Assembly: GCA_029838215.1 (NCBI GenBank)
Contig: JALGVI010000097.1
Coordinates: 1-41,064, forward strand
Reading direction: 5' to 3'
DNA from: Candidatus Helarchaeota archaeon
GTDB lineage: Archaea; Asgardarchaeota; Lokiarchaeia; Helarchaeales; RDOG01
Length of the DNA stretch: 41,064 nt
Position 1 is the first letter of the stretch. The number at the start of each line of letters is the position of its first letter. Positions 8,419-16,982 of this stretch are shown here, in pieces. A program made the translations under genes and the position numbers. The notes under the pieces are model-generated. The model ran no database searches and was not told the DNA's origin. It was given only the letters and a program-made list of their open reading frames with translations.

Positions 8419-9777
8419 TTACCATTCCTCCTTTTCATCTTCGTCTTCGTCTATAATTTCGTCTTTGATTTCATCAACAAATTGTTTGAAGAATTTAAAA
8501 CCATGTTCATATATACTAAAAAGAAGAAAATCTCTAGCTTCTTTCCATCCATAAGGCTCAGATTCCGGAAATAGGTATGTAGCAACATCATCAACCTTAA
8601 AAAGCGGTTCATTGAAGTATATGAGACTTTCTTTTTCAAGTTTGATAAGAATCTTACGAAGTTGTTCTGAGTTACGACATTTCTCTATTTGAAAAAGCAG
8701 TTTTTTACTTTCTTTTTTCTTCATTAGTTCAACGATTAGATTGCCAATATTTTTTATATATTCCAAAGTTTCTATTTTCAATTTTAACACCACCTCTGCG
8801 TATAGTTGGAATAATTGCCAACTCACATTGTTTTTATGATTTTTTCTGTCTAAAAAATAATAAAGAATTGTTTTTTCTTGAATTAATCTTTGATAGATAG
8901 GATTCGGACGAATTTTTATGATTTCATCGGGAGCTTTATCTTTATCACGTGAAAATCTTTTCGTTTTACCATGTACGAATTTTTGCCATTCCCCATTAAG
9001 CCCTGCTTGCTTTATATAAGCAAGAAAACGAAATATAGGATGAGGTATGTCAATAAATTTGACTTTAGGGCTTTGCAAAAAATTAGTAAAAAAGTAAAGT
9101 CGAATAAATGGATTTTCTTCACTCCAATTTTCATCATATTCATTAATAATTCGAGATGCGATGTAAAAAATGAAATTGGTTCCATTCTTATAACCAAAAT
9201 AATTAATACCTTGAAATGAATTATTGCTTAATTGCAAGCGGATTGATTTCATTACTTCTTCAGTCCATGCTTTCATCACAAGATCTGAATCGGAATGAAG
9301 TAAAACTAGCTCATCAACACATCTACTCATGACGAGTGTTGCAAATTGAACCGAGAATAAACAGCTTCCACAAATTTTTATTCCATTATCCCAGTTTGGA
9401 TAAAAATTTACCATTTTTAATGAACCCGTTAAAGGAAATTCGGCTCTACTAGAGGAGAAAGAACCCTTGCGATTGTTGCATCCCCAACAACTCTTTGTAG
9501 GTGTAGGTGCAGAACAATCATTAATTAAATTTTCTAAAAATTTTGAATAAGCACCACGACGATCTTTTATAGAAAAGTTAGCTATTTTCGAATTTGGTAA
9601 AATTTGAGTCAATGAACCTCTCCAGGAATCATCGGAAAGAATCTTTACGAGTGTTTCAGAGGAATTTTTTAAATCAGATTTATTTAGGTCTTTTAAATCA
9701 TTTTTTTTCGTTAAATTGAGTAAAACATAGATTCCGGCATCAATAAATGGGTTTCCAGTAATGTCAAACAGATTCAT
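8419..9777 (-). CDS. cas8b1: Type I-B large subunit Cas8b1/Cst1 (CxxC-CxxC family)
   Basis: TGNPFIDAG N-terminal motif, CWGC and CGSC, NFY motif, acidic tail, first gene of the cas8-7-5-3 operon. ATG at 9777 is preferred over TTG at 9816. Confidence 0.85.
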   Translation of the reverse strand: MNLFDITGNPFIDAGIYVLLNLTKKNDLKDLNKSDLKNSSETLVKILSDDSWRGSLTQILPNSKIANFSIKDRRGAYSKFLENLINDCSAPTPTKSCWGCNNRKGSFSSSRAEFPLTGSLKMVNFYPNWDNGIKICGSCLFSVQFATLVMSRCVDELVLLHSDSDLVMKAWTEEVMKSIRLQLSNNSFQGINYFGYKNGTNFIFYIASRIINEYDENWSEENPFIRLYFFTNFLQSPKVKFIDIPHPIFRFLAYIKQAGLNGEWQKFVHGKTKRFSRDKDKAPDEIIKIRPNPIYQRLIQEKTILYYFLDRKNHKNNVSWQLFQLYAEVVLKLKIETLEYIKNIGNLIVELMKKKESKKLLFQIEKCRNSEQLRKILIKLEKESLIYFNEPLFKVDDVATYLFPESEPYGWKEARDFLLFSIYEHGFKFFKQFVDEIKDEIIDEDEDEKEEW

Positions 9778-9901
9778 ATAGTTATCCACTTCCGAATTTA
9801 AAAAATTCCGTTTCAATTTATCTTTTTTTATAAATTCATAGGAAGTTATTAATCCCTTCCAATCAAAATGATATTGAAGATTTTAGTATAAAAGTTTTTT
9901 C

Positions 9902-9934
9902 CATGCATAAGATTAAAATTTAATTATAGACATG
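9902..9934. promoter_or_regulatory. Imperfect 33-bp palindrome between the divergent cas8 and csa3-like promoters (candidate operator)
   Basis: CATGCATAAGATTAAAATTTAATTATAGACATG: 12 of 16 pairs are complementary around the central A. A minus-strand AAAAACTTTTATAC BRE/TATA-like motif lies just to the left (about 9887-9900). Confidence 0.4.
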
Positions 9935-9942
9935 ATCATTTG

Positions 9943-10634
9943 ATGAAACGCATAACGCAAGTCGTGTTGGTGGGTCACACGCGAGTTCGTTTATTGGAGA
10001 GCATCAAGCATTTGAGAATGAGGGTTTGGATGGTGAGTCCCGGGTTCGTGAGGTTGCGTCGGGTTTGGAGAGTATTTTTCAGGGGTTGATGAGGGTTGAG
10101 CGTTTGTTGGTGAACAAGGAGGACGTGTTTGATGCGTGTCGAGTCGTGTTGGAGAAGTTGCATGATGAGGTTAAGTTGGGTAATGAGGTGTTGATCAACG
10201 TTTCGGGGTCGTTGAGGCAGATGGCGATTGCGTGTTATATTGCGGCGTTGGTTTCGGGGACGCCGATTTACAGTGTCATTCCGGAGTATGGGGATGATTT
10301 TCAGGAGATAGGGGTGAAGGAGATCCATTCGATTCCGCATTTTCCGATAACGGAGATATCCGCGAACAGCTTGAGGATTTTGGAGATATTGAATGAGAAG
10401 GGTGCGGTGCGTTCGATAGATCAGTTGATGGTGTTGCTTGATTCGGAGTCGGAGAAGGAGGAGTATCACAGGTTTCGCGGGCGGATCAATTATTACTTGA
10501 AGGAGTTGGATGCTGTCAAGTTCATAGATAGGGAGCGTAGGGGTAAGAGCGTGAGGCTGCGTTTGACGGATTCGGGGCGTATTTTTATTTTTGGGCATCG
10601 CATTCGGGCTTTGAAGGCGGAGAAGAAGGGTTAG
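9943..10634 (+). pseudogene. csa3: Csa3-like CARF plus winged-HTH transcriptional regulator, frameshifted near the 5' end
   Basis: ATG at 9943 gives MKRITQVVLVGHTRVRLLESIKH (CARF strand 1 and helix). The rest is in another frame (..ENEGLDGESRVREVA..INVSGSLRQMAIACYIAA..; wHTH INYYLKELDAVKFIDRERRGKSVRLRLTDSG). The shift falls at about 10010-10020. Confidence 0.75.
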
Positions 10635-10650
10635 GCTTCGGGTTCGTGTT

Positions 10651-11406
10651 TTATTCTTGTTTTTCGATGGATGAGAATTCCAGCGGCATGTATCGGATGA
10701 TTCCTGCGCCTGCGGTTCTGTTTCCGCCGACGTTTGAGTATTCGGCGAATCGCAGCAGGATGTCTATCCAGTGGTTGTATGAGTTTTCGGGGTTTTTGAC
10801 GATGTATGTAGCCCATCCGGTGCACCCTGCTTCGGGTTGTGGTTTTCCGATGTTTATTTGCCTTGTTTGAAGTTTGAAGCTTGATACGGAGATGTTGTTT
10901 ATGGCCCATTTTAGGAAAGCGTCCTTGTCGATCTTGCAGCCGACGGGAGCGAATGCGTTCCATGTATTGGATATGTTTGCGAACAGGTAGTCTGGGGTTG
11001 GGAATCGGTGCTTGAAGTTGCGTCCTTTCATGTTGAAGTATGTTGGGCGGAGGAATTTGACGGTGAATTTTCGTATTTTCCGCGTGGTTTTCAGGAAGTG
11101 GCTGAATTGTAGTTTTTCGAGGTTTATTCGTGCGAGTATTAGTGGGGTTTCTTGTATTTCGATGGACATGTCTTGGGTGGAGATGACTTGTTTTAGGATG
11201 TCGGCGGAGAGGTCTTCCTTGAACACGGTAAGGTAAAACGTGACGGCAGGGTCGTTTCGGTCTTGCCTTACGGATATGGCATACGGGCGGATTTGGTTAT
11301 TGGATTCGTGCAGGTCTTCGACCAATTTTGAGTCGAATTCGGACAGGAATTGCATGAAGAACGCGCGGAATGCGTGCGGGGATAGGTATCGTCTATCGCC
11401 GTCCAT
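10651..11406 (-). CDS. cas6: CRISPR RNA processing endoribonuclease Cas6
   Basis: FLRPTYF, FPTPDYLF..WNAF and the C-terminal Gly-rich loop NVGGNRTAGAG. First ATG is at 11406, but Cas6-like sequence (LTYRFTFDL) extends to 11445 behind a GGAGG RBS. The 376-aa ORF-track start is too far upstream. Confidence 0.92.
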   Translation of the reverse strand: MDGDRRYLSPHAFRAFFMQFLSEFDSKLVEDLHESNNQIRPYAISVRQDRNDPAVTFYLTVFKEDLSADILKQVISTQDMSIEIQETPLILARINLEKLQFSHFLKTTRKIRKFTVKFLRPTYFNMKGRNFKHRFPTPDYLFANISNTWNAFAPVGCKIDKDAFLKWAINNISVSSFKLQTRQINIGKPQPEAGCTGWATYIVKNPENSYNHWIDILLRFAEYSNVGGNRTAGAGIIRYMPLEFSSIEKQE

Positions 11407-11716
11407 GTTTTTCTTAATCAGATCAAACGTAAAGCGATACGTGAGATTCGCCTCCCATTTTTCATTGCCATGAAAATTTGCTTGTTGTAGCTGTATTGCT
11501 GGACGTGAATATAAATTATTTCCTTGCCGTGCGTGGATTTTGGAGTTTTGCGCTTCTTGTTCATGGGTTTGTTTTTTTTGTGATGCCGTGTATTTAGTCA
11601 TTGAGTGATTTAGATTTAGGATGTTTTTTTGTAGGATTGGTGTTTGGCGTGAATTTTTTTGGAGTGTCGTGGAGGTCTTGTTTTTGACGAAGTCTCGGCG
11701 CAGGAAGGATAAGAAC

Positions 11717-11884
11717 ATGGGTCGTCCCGAGTGGGTGGCGACGGATGAGAGGTGTGAGGAGTGTGGTGGTGAGATGGTCAAGACGAGTCGTTATACGTAT
11801 ACGTGTACGGTTTGTGGTTTGATGCAGGTGCGGCACCCGATGAAGAAGGGGGCGATGTCGAATGAAAACAAGAACATCGAGTGA
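11717..11884 (+). CDS. Small zinc-ribbon protein (55 aa)
   Basis: MGRPEWVATDERCEECGGEMVKTSRYTYTCTVCGLMQVR: CxxC-x13-CxxC ribbon. ATG at 11717 is preceded by purine-rich GGAAGGA. Confidence 0.65.
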   Translation: MGRPEWVATDERCEECGGEMVKTSRYTYTCTVCGLMQVRHPMKKGAMSNENKNIE

Positions 11885-11975
11885 AATAGTCGCTGTCGTT
11901 TGGATATTGGTTTTCTTTTTACAAGGGAATGATTTATCAGGTTTTTAATCTTGCCAGCTTCAAATATATAGGACA

Positions 11976-12641
11976 TTGACCAAATTAAAGTATGATTTTA
12001 ACAATTACACAAAGGGAATAAATTTGTCAGAATGGAATCAAAAATTGGATGCTTTAACGGTTGCTCAATTAAAAGAGATATGCAAGAAATATAAAATCAA
12101 AGGTTATTCCAAGAAAAAGAAGAAGCCGTTAATCAAGATGGTCTTGGACTTCATTAAAAACAATGATAAAGCGCAGGAGTTCATTAAACGAAAATATGCG
12201 GGAAAATTTACGAATCAAGATCTTTCTACAGGGCATTCTGCGGTTTCTGTGGATGCAGGTGGAGTAACGCCAGAGATAATTATTCAGATGGAGCATAGGT
12301 TATCCTCTGTAGAAAAACAAGTAGCAGAAATAAAAAGTTTTATCGAGAAATTGCAGGCACCTAAAATAAAGGCATCGAGGCAGGATATTTCCGATGATTC
12401 TTTTTATAGGATTGTTTCAGAGGCATATCACTCTATTGGAAATAAAATGGGGTCTTTGGTTACAATACCCGAATTGACCAGAAAGATATCCAAGCGATTG
12501 AAATGGGATCAACAGAGAATTCATGATGGATTATATCAATTATATATTGATGGTAAGGTTGATTTGCAGCCCGGAAAGGTGAAGGAAGGGTCTCCAATGC
12601 GAATTGAAGGAAATACTTTTTATTGGTTTACGTTTAGGTGA
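11976..12641 (+). CDS. Protein with an N-terminal HeH (SAP/Rho-N-like) DNA-binding motif, a coiled segment and a C-terminal winged helix
   Basis: LDALTVAQLKEICKKYKIKGYSKKKKKPLIKMV is a Rho_N/SAP-like helix-extension-helix. C-terminal VTIPELTRKI..IHDGLYQLYIDGKVDLQPG..YWFTF is wHTH-like. GTGA overlap with the next gene. Confidence 0.65.
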   Translation: MTKLKYDFNNYTKGINLSEWNQKLDALTVAQLKEICKKYKIKGYSKKKKKPLIKMVLDFIKNNDKAQEFIKRKYAGKFTNQDLSTGHSAVSVDAGGVTPEIIIQMEHRLSSVEKQVAEIKSFIEKLQAPKIKASRQDISDDSFYRIVSEAYHSIGNKMGSLVTIPELTRKISKRLKWDQQRIHDGLYQLYIDGKVDLQPGKVKEGSPMRIEGNTFYWFTFR

Positions 12642-14887
12642 CTGAATTGTTCAAATTTAAAAATCTTGAAGAAGTCGAGTCAATCCTCCTAGATCCTGAG
12701 CAGCCAAACCCTTTTCCAGCACCTCCTGCAGCAGTAAATTTTCATAATAATCCGCCTCAATTTATTTGTGGTCGAGCCGAGGAAATCCAAATAATCAAAA
12801 AGGAAATCAGGAATTCGATTAAATTCAAGGAGCCAAAATTAATCAAGGTTTTTGGAAAACAGGGGATCGGTAAATCCACGTTGGTATGTTGGGTTTATAA
12901 AGAAATAATGGAAAATTCAGAGATCATTCATCCCATGGTTTTTCTGAATGCAAGCGGACAACCCGAGGGATTTCATTTCGTGAATTTTTATTGTCAAATT
13001 TTTTCACAATTGGAACAAGATCAAGTTTTGGAGAAACTGGCATATCACAGCATTACAAGATTCATTCAATTGCTAATTGAGAAGGGGGGCAAGCTTGAAA
13101 ACAGTGTATTTAAAGATACACCGATTACAAATGACATATTAGATAAAATAAAGAAAGATCCCAATGAATTAAAATCTTTTCTTGCAGATCAAGGCACTCT
13201 CGTGATCAAGATTATTGACTTGTATAAGAAAGTCATCAATTTTATTAGGGCAGACATTCCCGTTAATCCCGAGTTTTTAGTAACATTGTGGAATGCGTTT
13301 TCTTTTACAGCACGTGCATTTGATGCCCTCAACGCAATAAAGGGCATTGGAGAATTTGAAGGATTTCATGTCCGAATTGCCAGCGATGCCAAGCAGGCGT
13401 TCATCGATTTTATAAATCTGTGTCGGTGGTCTTTTGGCGATGTTTCAGTCATAATTGTAATTGACCATTTGGAAAGTTGCACGAACGAGAATAAATCGGA
13501 CAATTTCTCTAATTTGTTTTCGCTTCTACTCGAGTTGCGGCAATTGACGCATCTTTGCATAATTCTTTCGGGCACCATGGATGCTTTTGTTGCTCTTGAT
13601 GAGGTTCTTCAGGAAGATCAGAAACTGCAGCTTGATAATTGGAGTCGCATGATAACGCTTAGCTCATTGGAGCCCGAGTTGGTCGTGGACGTAATAAAGG
13701 CTTATCTGAGCCGGTTTTGGAGTCAACAGAACCATGAACCGCCGCATGAATATTCTTTTTTTCCCTTTGGTCCCAATAGTCTCATGTATCTTTATGACAC
13801 GACAAACAAGGATTTGCGGAGGACACTCATTCGACTGCATGAAATAATTAATTCATTTAGAAAAAAGCAAGAAATTGAAGGAGTCGAATCATTTTTCGAT
13901 GGAATGAGAAAATTCCGAACCAGAAAAGACATTACTTTGACAGTTCTCGAGCAAAAATACTTTGTTGAAGAGATCTTGAAGTCCGAGACTCAGGATAAAG
14001 AGCGTTCAACGAAGGTTGAGATGGCGGTCTTTAACTTATTTAAAATTGCAAAATCAAAATACGAGTTCATAAGTGATGTCAAACACGAACCTAAGATAAA
14101 AAAGTTGAAACCTGATGTTTTTGTAGAGCTTTTTGGCAATCTTGGCTTGGATAAAATCAGAAAACTCGTTTTCGAGGTAAAAATATATCGTAAGGGAGAT
14201 GAGATTCCTAAATCAGAGGTGACTAAAACGTTATCCCTGTTAAATGATCATCTCGTGGATTACGTGCATTGGGTTACTAACAAGCCACTTTCATTGGCAA
14301 AATATAACTTGAATGTCAACCTTCATGAATATTTGGGTCGGACAAAACCTTTAGAACATCGAGAATTGGCATATGCTTCTCTTGTCACGCATTTCAATGA
14401 GATTTTCGGTAGGGAGCCAACACCAGATGAAGCAATTGAGCTTTTAGAAAAAATTGGAATTGATATTTTAACAATAAGCGAAGAAGTAAAGGCGAGAAGT
14501 TCGCTTTCCGTTGTCAAGAAGAAGCCGAAAAGAATTCCGACTTTAATTGATTTCAAGCCGTCAGAACCCACCGGGATCGAACAGGGCATCGCCGTGAAAA
14601 AACCCGTGCCACCACCAGTCCCTACGCCCGTGATTACAAGCAAGAAACAGGTTCCCGTTCAAGTTATTGAAACGGATAAAAATGAGATTGCATCCAAGAT
14701 TAAAAAAGTCATCAAAAAGCACTCCAATAAGACACGGGTTTATATCAAAACGGTTTTTAAAGATTTATCGGAGAAACAGGGGTTGCGTGTGAAAGAAGAT
14801 GAAAAAGACGATGTTTTTCAAGTCATACACCAAGTCGTGAATGAATTGGGATATCGCATGACCGCTTCCACGATTTCATTTAAATGA
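12638..14887 (+). CDS. P-loop ATPase (STAND/ORC-CDC6/BREX-ATPase-like) fused to a PD-(D/E)xK nuclease-like domain and a small C-terminal domain
   Basis: NPF..FICGRAEE, Walker A GKQGIGKS, Walker B IIVIDHLE. Later KPDVFVE..LVFEVK (PD..ExK). Pro-rich linker KKPVPPPVPTPV precedes a short terminal domain. Confidence 0.75.
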   Translation: MTELFKFKNLEEVESILLDPEQPNPFPAPPAAVNFHNNPPQFICGRAEEIQIIKKEIRNSIKFKEPKLIKVFGKQGIGKSTLVCWVYKEIMENSEIIHPMVFLNASGQPEGFHFVNFYCQIFSQLEQDQVLEKLAYHSITRFIQLLIEKGGKLENSVFKDTPITNDILDKIKKDPNELKSFLADQGTLVIKIIDLYKKVINFIRADIPVNPEFLVTLWNAFSFTARAFDALNAIKGIGEFEGFHVRIASDAKQAFIDFINLCRWSFGDVSVIIVIDHLESCTNENKSDNFSNLFSLLLELRQLTHLCIILSGTMDAFVALDEVLQEDQKLQLDNWSRMITLSSLEPELVVDVIKAYLSRFWSQQNHEPPHEYSFFPFGPNSLMYLYDTTNKDLRRTLIRLHEIINSFRKKQEIEGVESFFDGMRKFRTRKDITLTVLEQKYFVEEILKSETQDKERSTKVEMAVFNLFKIAKSKYEFISDVKHEPKIKKLKPDVFVELFGNLGLDKIRKLVFEVKIYRKGDEIPKSEVTKTLSLLNDHLVDYVHWVTNKPLSLAKYNLNVNLHEYLGRTKPLEHRELAYASLVTHFNEIFGREPTPDEAIELLEKIGIDILTISEEVKARSSLSVVKKKPKRIPTLIDFKPSEPTGIEQGIAVKKPVPPPVPTPVITSKKQVPVQVIETDKNEIASKIKKVIKKHSNKTRVYIKTVFKDLSEKQGLRVKEDEKDDVFQVIHQVVNELGYRMTASTISFK

Positions 14888-14963
14888 TGAAAAACTTTCA
14901 GCACGGGTTTAAGAATGATGGATTGTCTTTGGTGCTGATAGTAAATGTTACAGAGCAGAGCGT

Positions 14964-15308
14964 TTAGATGAACGTGCGGATGCTTTCTCTTTTATTTCTG
15001 AGTAGGCTGATGAGTGCTTCACAGATGAGCAGGAGGTTTTTTTCATCGACTTCGGGAAGTATTTTGTGGAGTTTTTGAGGGCTCAGGTTCATTTTCAGTC
15101 CTTGTATTTTAAGGAGTTGTTCTTTGGTTATTTTGGATATCAATCGGTTCATTCCTCGCTCTTTCACGTATAAATTGAGGTCTGTTTCGCCTGCCTTGAT
15201 GAAGACATCTTGGATCTTGCATTCATTTGGAATTATCACTTCAGATTTTGGTTTTTGTTCTTTCATGAAATCGAGTATTTTTTTTTGCTTGGGGGACATT
15301 GTAACCAC
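14964..15308 (-). CDS. Hypothetical protein (114 aa)
   Basis: Open frame with protein-like composition, convergent on the ATPase gene. No family recognised. Confidence 0.55.
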   Translation of the reverse strand: MVTMSPKQKKILDFMKEQKPKSEVIIPNECKIQDVFIKAGETDLNLYVKERGMNRLISKITKEQLLKIQGLKMNLSPQKLHKILPEVDEKNLLLICEALISLLRNKRESIRTFI

Positions 15309-15471
15309 GTAGGCATTTTTTCGTCGGTGATCCTTGAAAGCAAGATCGACACATGGATGAATGTGTGTTTACCCTTTATAAAGACATGATAAGGCAAGAA
15401 ATTTGGACTTGAATTGAGAGGCGGGTATTTCGGCGTCGGATGATGAGGTTTTAATTTTTTTCTTTCATTTG

Positions 15472-16720
15472 TTATTTTTTAATGAGTGCACGTTTTTCGA
15501 GGATGGATTTGACGTGCTTGTAGTCGGCGGGTATCGTCCACGTTGACAGGATGAAGAACACGCCCGTGATGATCAGGGATGTAGCCCGAGATTGCATTCA
15601 TCATGCCGAATAGAGTTCCCCTGTGTTCGGGTAGGTTCACTTCGGCGATCATTGCGAGGTCGTTTGGGTCTTCTGCGCTCATGAATAAAGCCGCCAGGAT
15701 GGACAGTGTGATTATCGTCACTAAGAATGGGTTGAAGGGGAGCAGGAGTGCGGTTATGAAGAGTGGCACGCCTGCCAATGTTCCGAGTGCGCAGATGATC
15801 GGGCGTCCGCGGAGGGTTTTCTTGAACATCACGTCGCCGAGAAATCCGAATAGGAGGGTTCCTGCCGCGCCGATTTCGAACAGTCCTGCTACGACCTTGC
15901 CGCCATCGAGCGCCATTGAGAATTCCACGCCTTCGGATAGGAATCGCCACGTGAAGACAGCGGGCAAGAGTTGCAGTGCGCCCCAGAACATTTGGCTGAA
16001 AAATGCTTCACAGATTATCCAGATGTTTGTTTTTGCTTTGAGGATGACTTTCAGGTCGCTCGCCTTGATCGTGTAGCCGTATTGGAATCCTTTTTCGCGT
16101 AGGTCTTTCAGCTCTTCTTCGGTGGCGCCTCTTTCGGGGTCTTGCGTGATGGGGTACGTTAGTATGAATCCGAACGTGATGAGTGCGAGGATGATAAATG
16201 GAAGGTTCCACATCGGATCGAGTAGGAAGGCGAGCATGTATCCAATGGCAGAGCCGATCCCTTGCGACACGCCCCAGAGTGACATTGCGAGCCCTCTTTT
16301 TTTAGGGGATATGTAGTCGAGGATGATGGAGAAGCCGACGGATGCGATGCATCCCAGCCCAATGCCTGCCCCGACGTGGAACACGAGCAGCATCATCCAG
16401 TTCCACGAGAATCCCGTGCAGAATATCATCACGGACCAGATGATAGTGCCGTAGAAGAGCAATTTTTTTCGGGATACTTGGTCGCCGCGATAGCCCCAAA
16501 AGAATGACGTGATTACCGTGACGAGTGTCGTGAGCATGAAAATGAAGATGAACACGTATTCGGGTGCCTGTAGCTTGAATACCATTAGTGTCGTGCTGGC
16601 GGGCAAGATGGCGAGAGCGGCATTATCGAGTGATGCCAAAATGACGAAATTCAGGATCGTGAAGAGTTGTCTTTTTTTCATTGCATCCCGACTCTCATTT
16701 TTGCTTGAGGATTTTTTCAC
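15472..16720 (-). pseudogene. MFS transporter with an apparent deletion/frameshift before the last TM helix
   Basis: MFS motif A WGYRGDQVSRKKLL, plus ILDYISPKKRGLAMS and AEVNLPEHRGTLFG. After NAISGY (about 15590) the frame turns to nonsense, while another frame encodes a hydrophobic SLIITGVFFILSTWTIPADYKHVKSILEKRALIKK* ending at 15472. Confidence 0.8.
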
Positions 16721-16982
16721 GTTTACCGAAGTTTTGGGTAAAAAGCCGTGTTCGTTCGTGTTTCGTGCAAGAACGTGTTTTTCGGCATTCGAATGCTTGC
16801 TTTTGCTTTTGAGGTTGAATAAAAAACTTAAATATTGCGGACTTCTATCTTATATCGGCTTAAAGCTTTGAGTTTTAAACCATTTATTCGTGGGATTTGA
16901 GCATTTCGGGGAAGCTTGGGTTTTTGAATGGCTTCTATCGATGTATTAGCGAACCTTTAGATTTTATAGGCGATGATTAAGC

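Noticed and set aside
9975-10598. 207-aa minus-strand ORF (and 10631-10963, 11594-11836)
   Set aside because: Antisense shadows of csa3, cas6 and the Zn-ribbon gene. The G/T skew depletes stops on the opposite strand, giving Q/H/P/T/R-rich nonsense.
11407-11781. 125-aa N-terminal extension of Cas6 in the ORF track
   Set aside because: Low-complexity translation of a promoter-containing intergenic region; it overlaps the Zn-ribbon gene.
14898-14938. TCAGCAC/GTGCTGA inverted repeat between convergent genes
   Set aside because: Only a 7-bp stem with a 27-nt loop. It could be chance; not enough to call a terminator or ncRNA.
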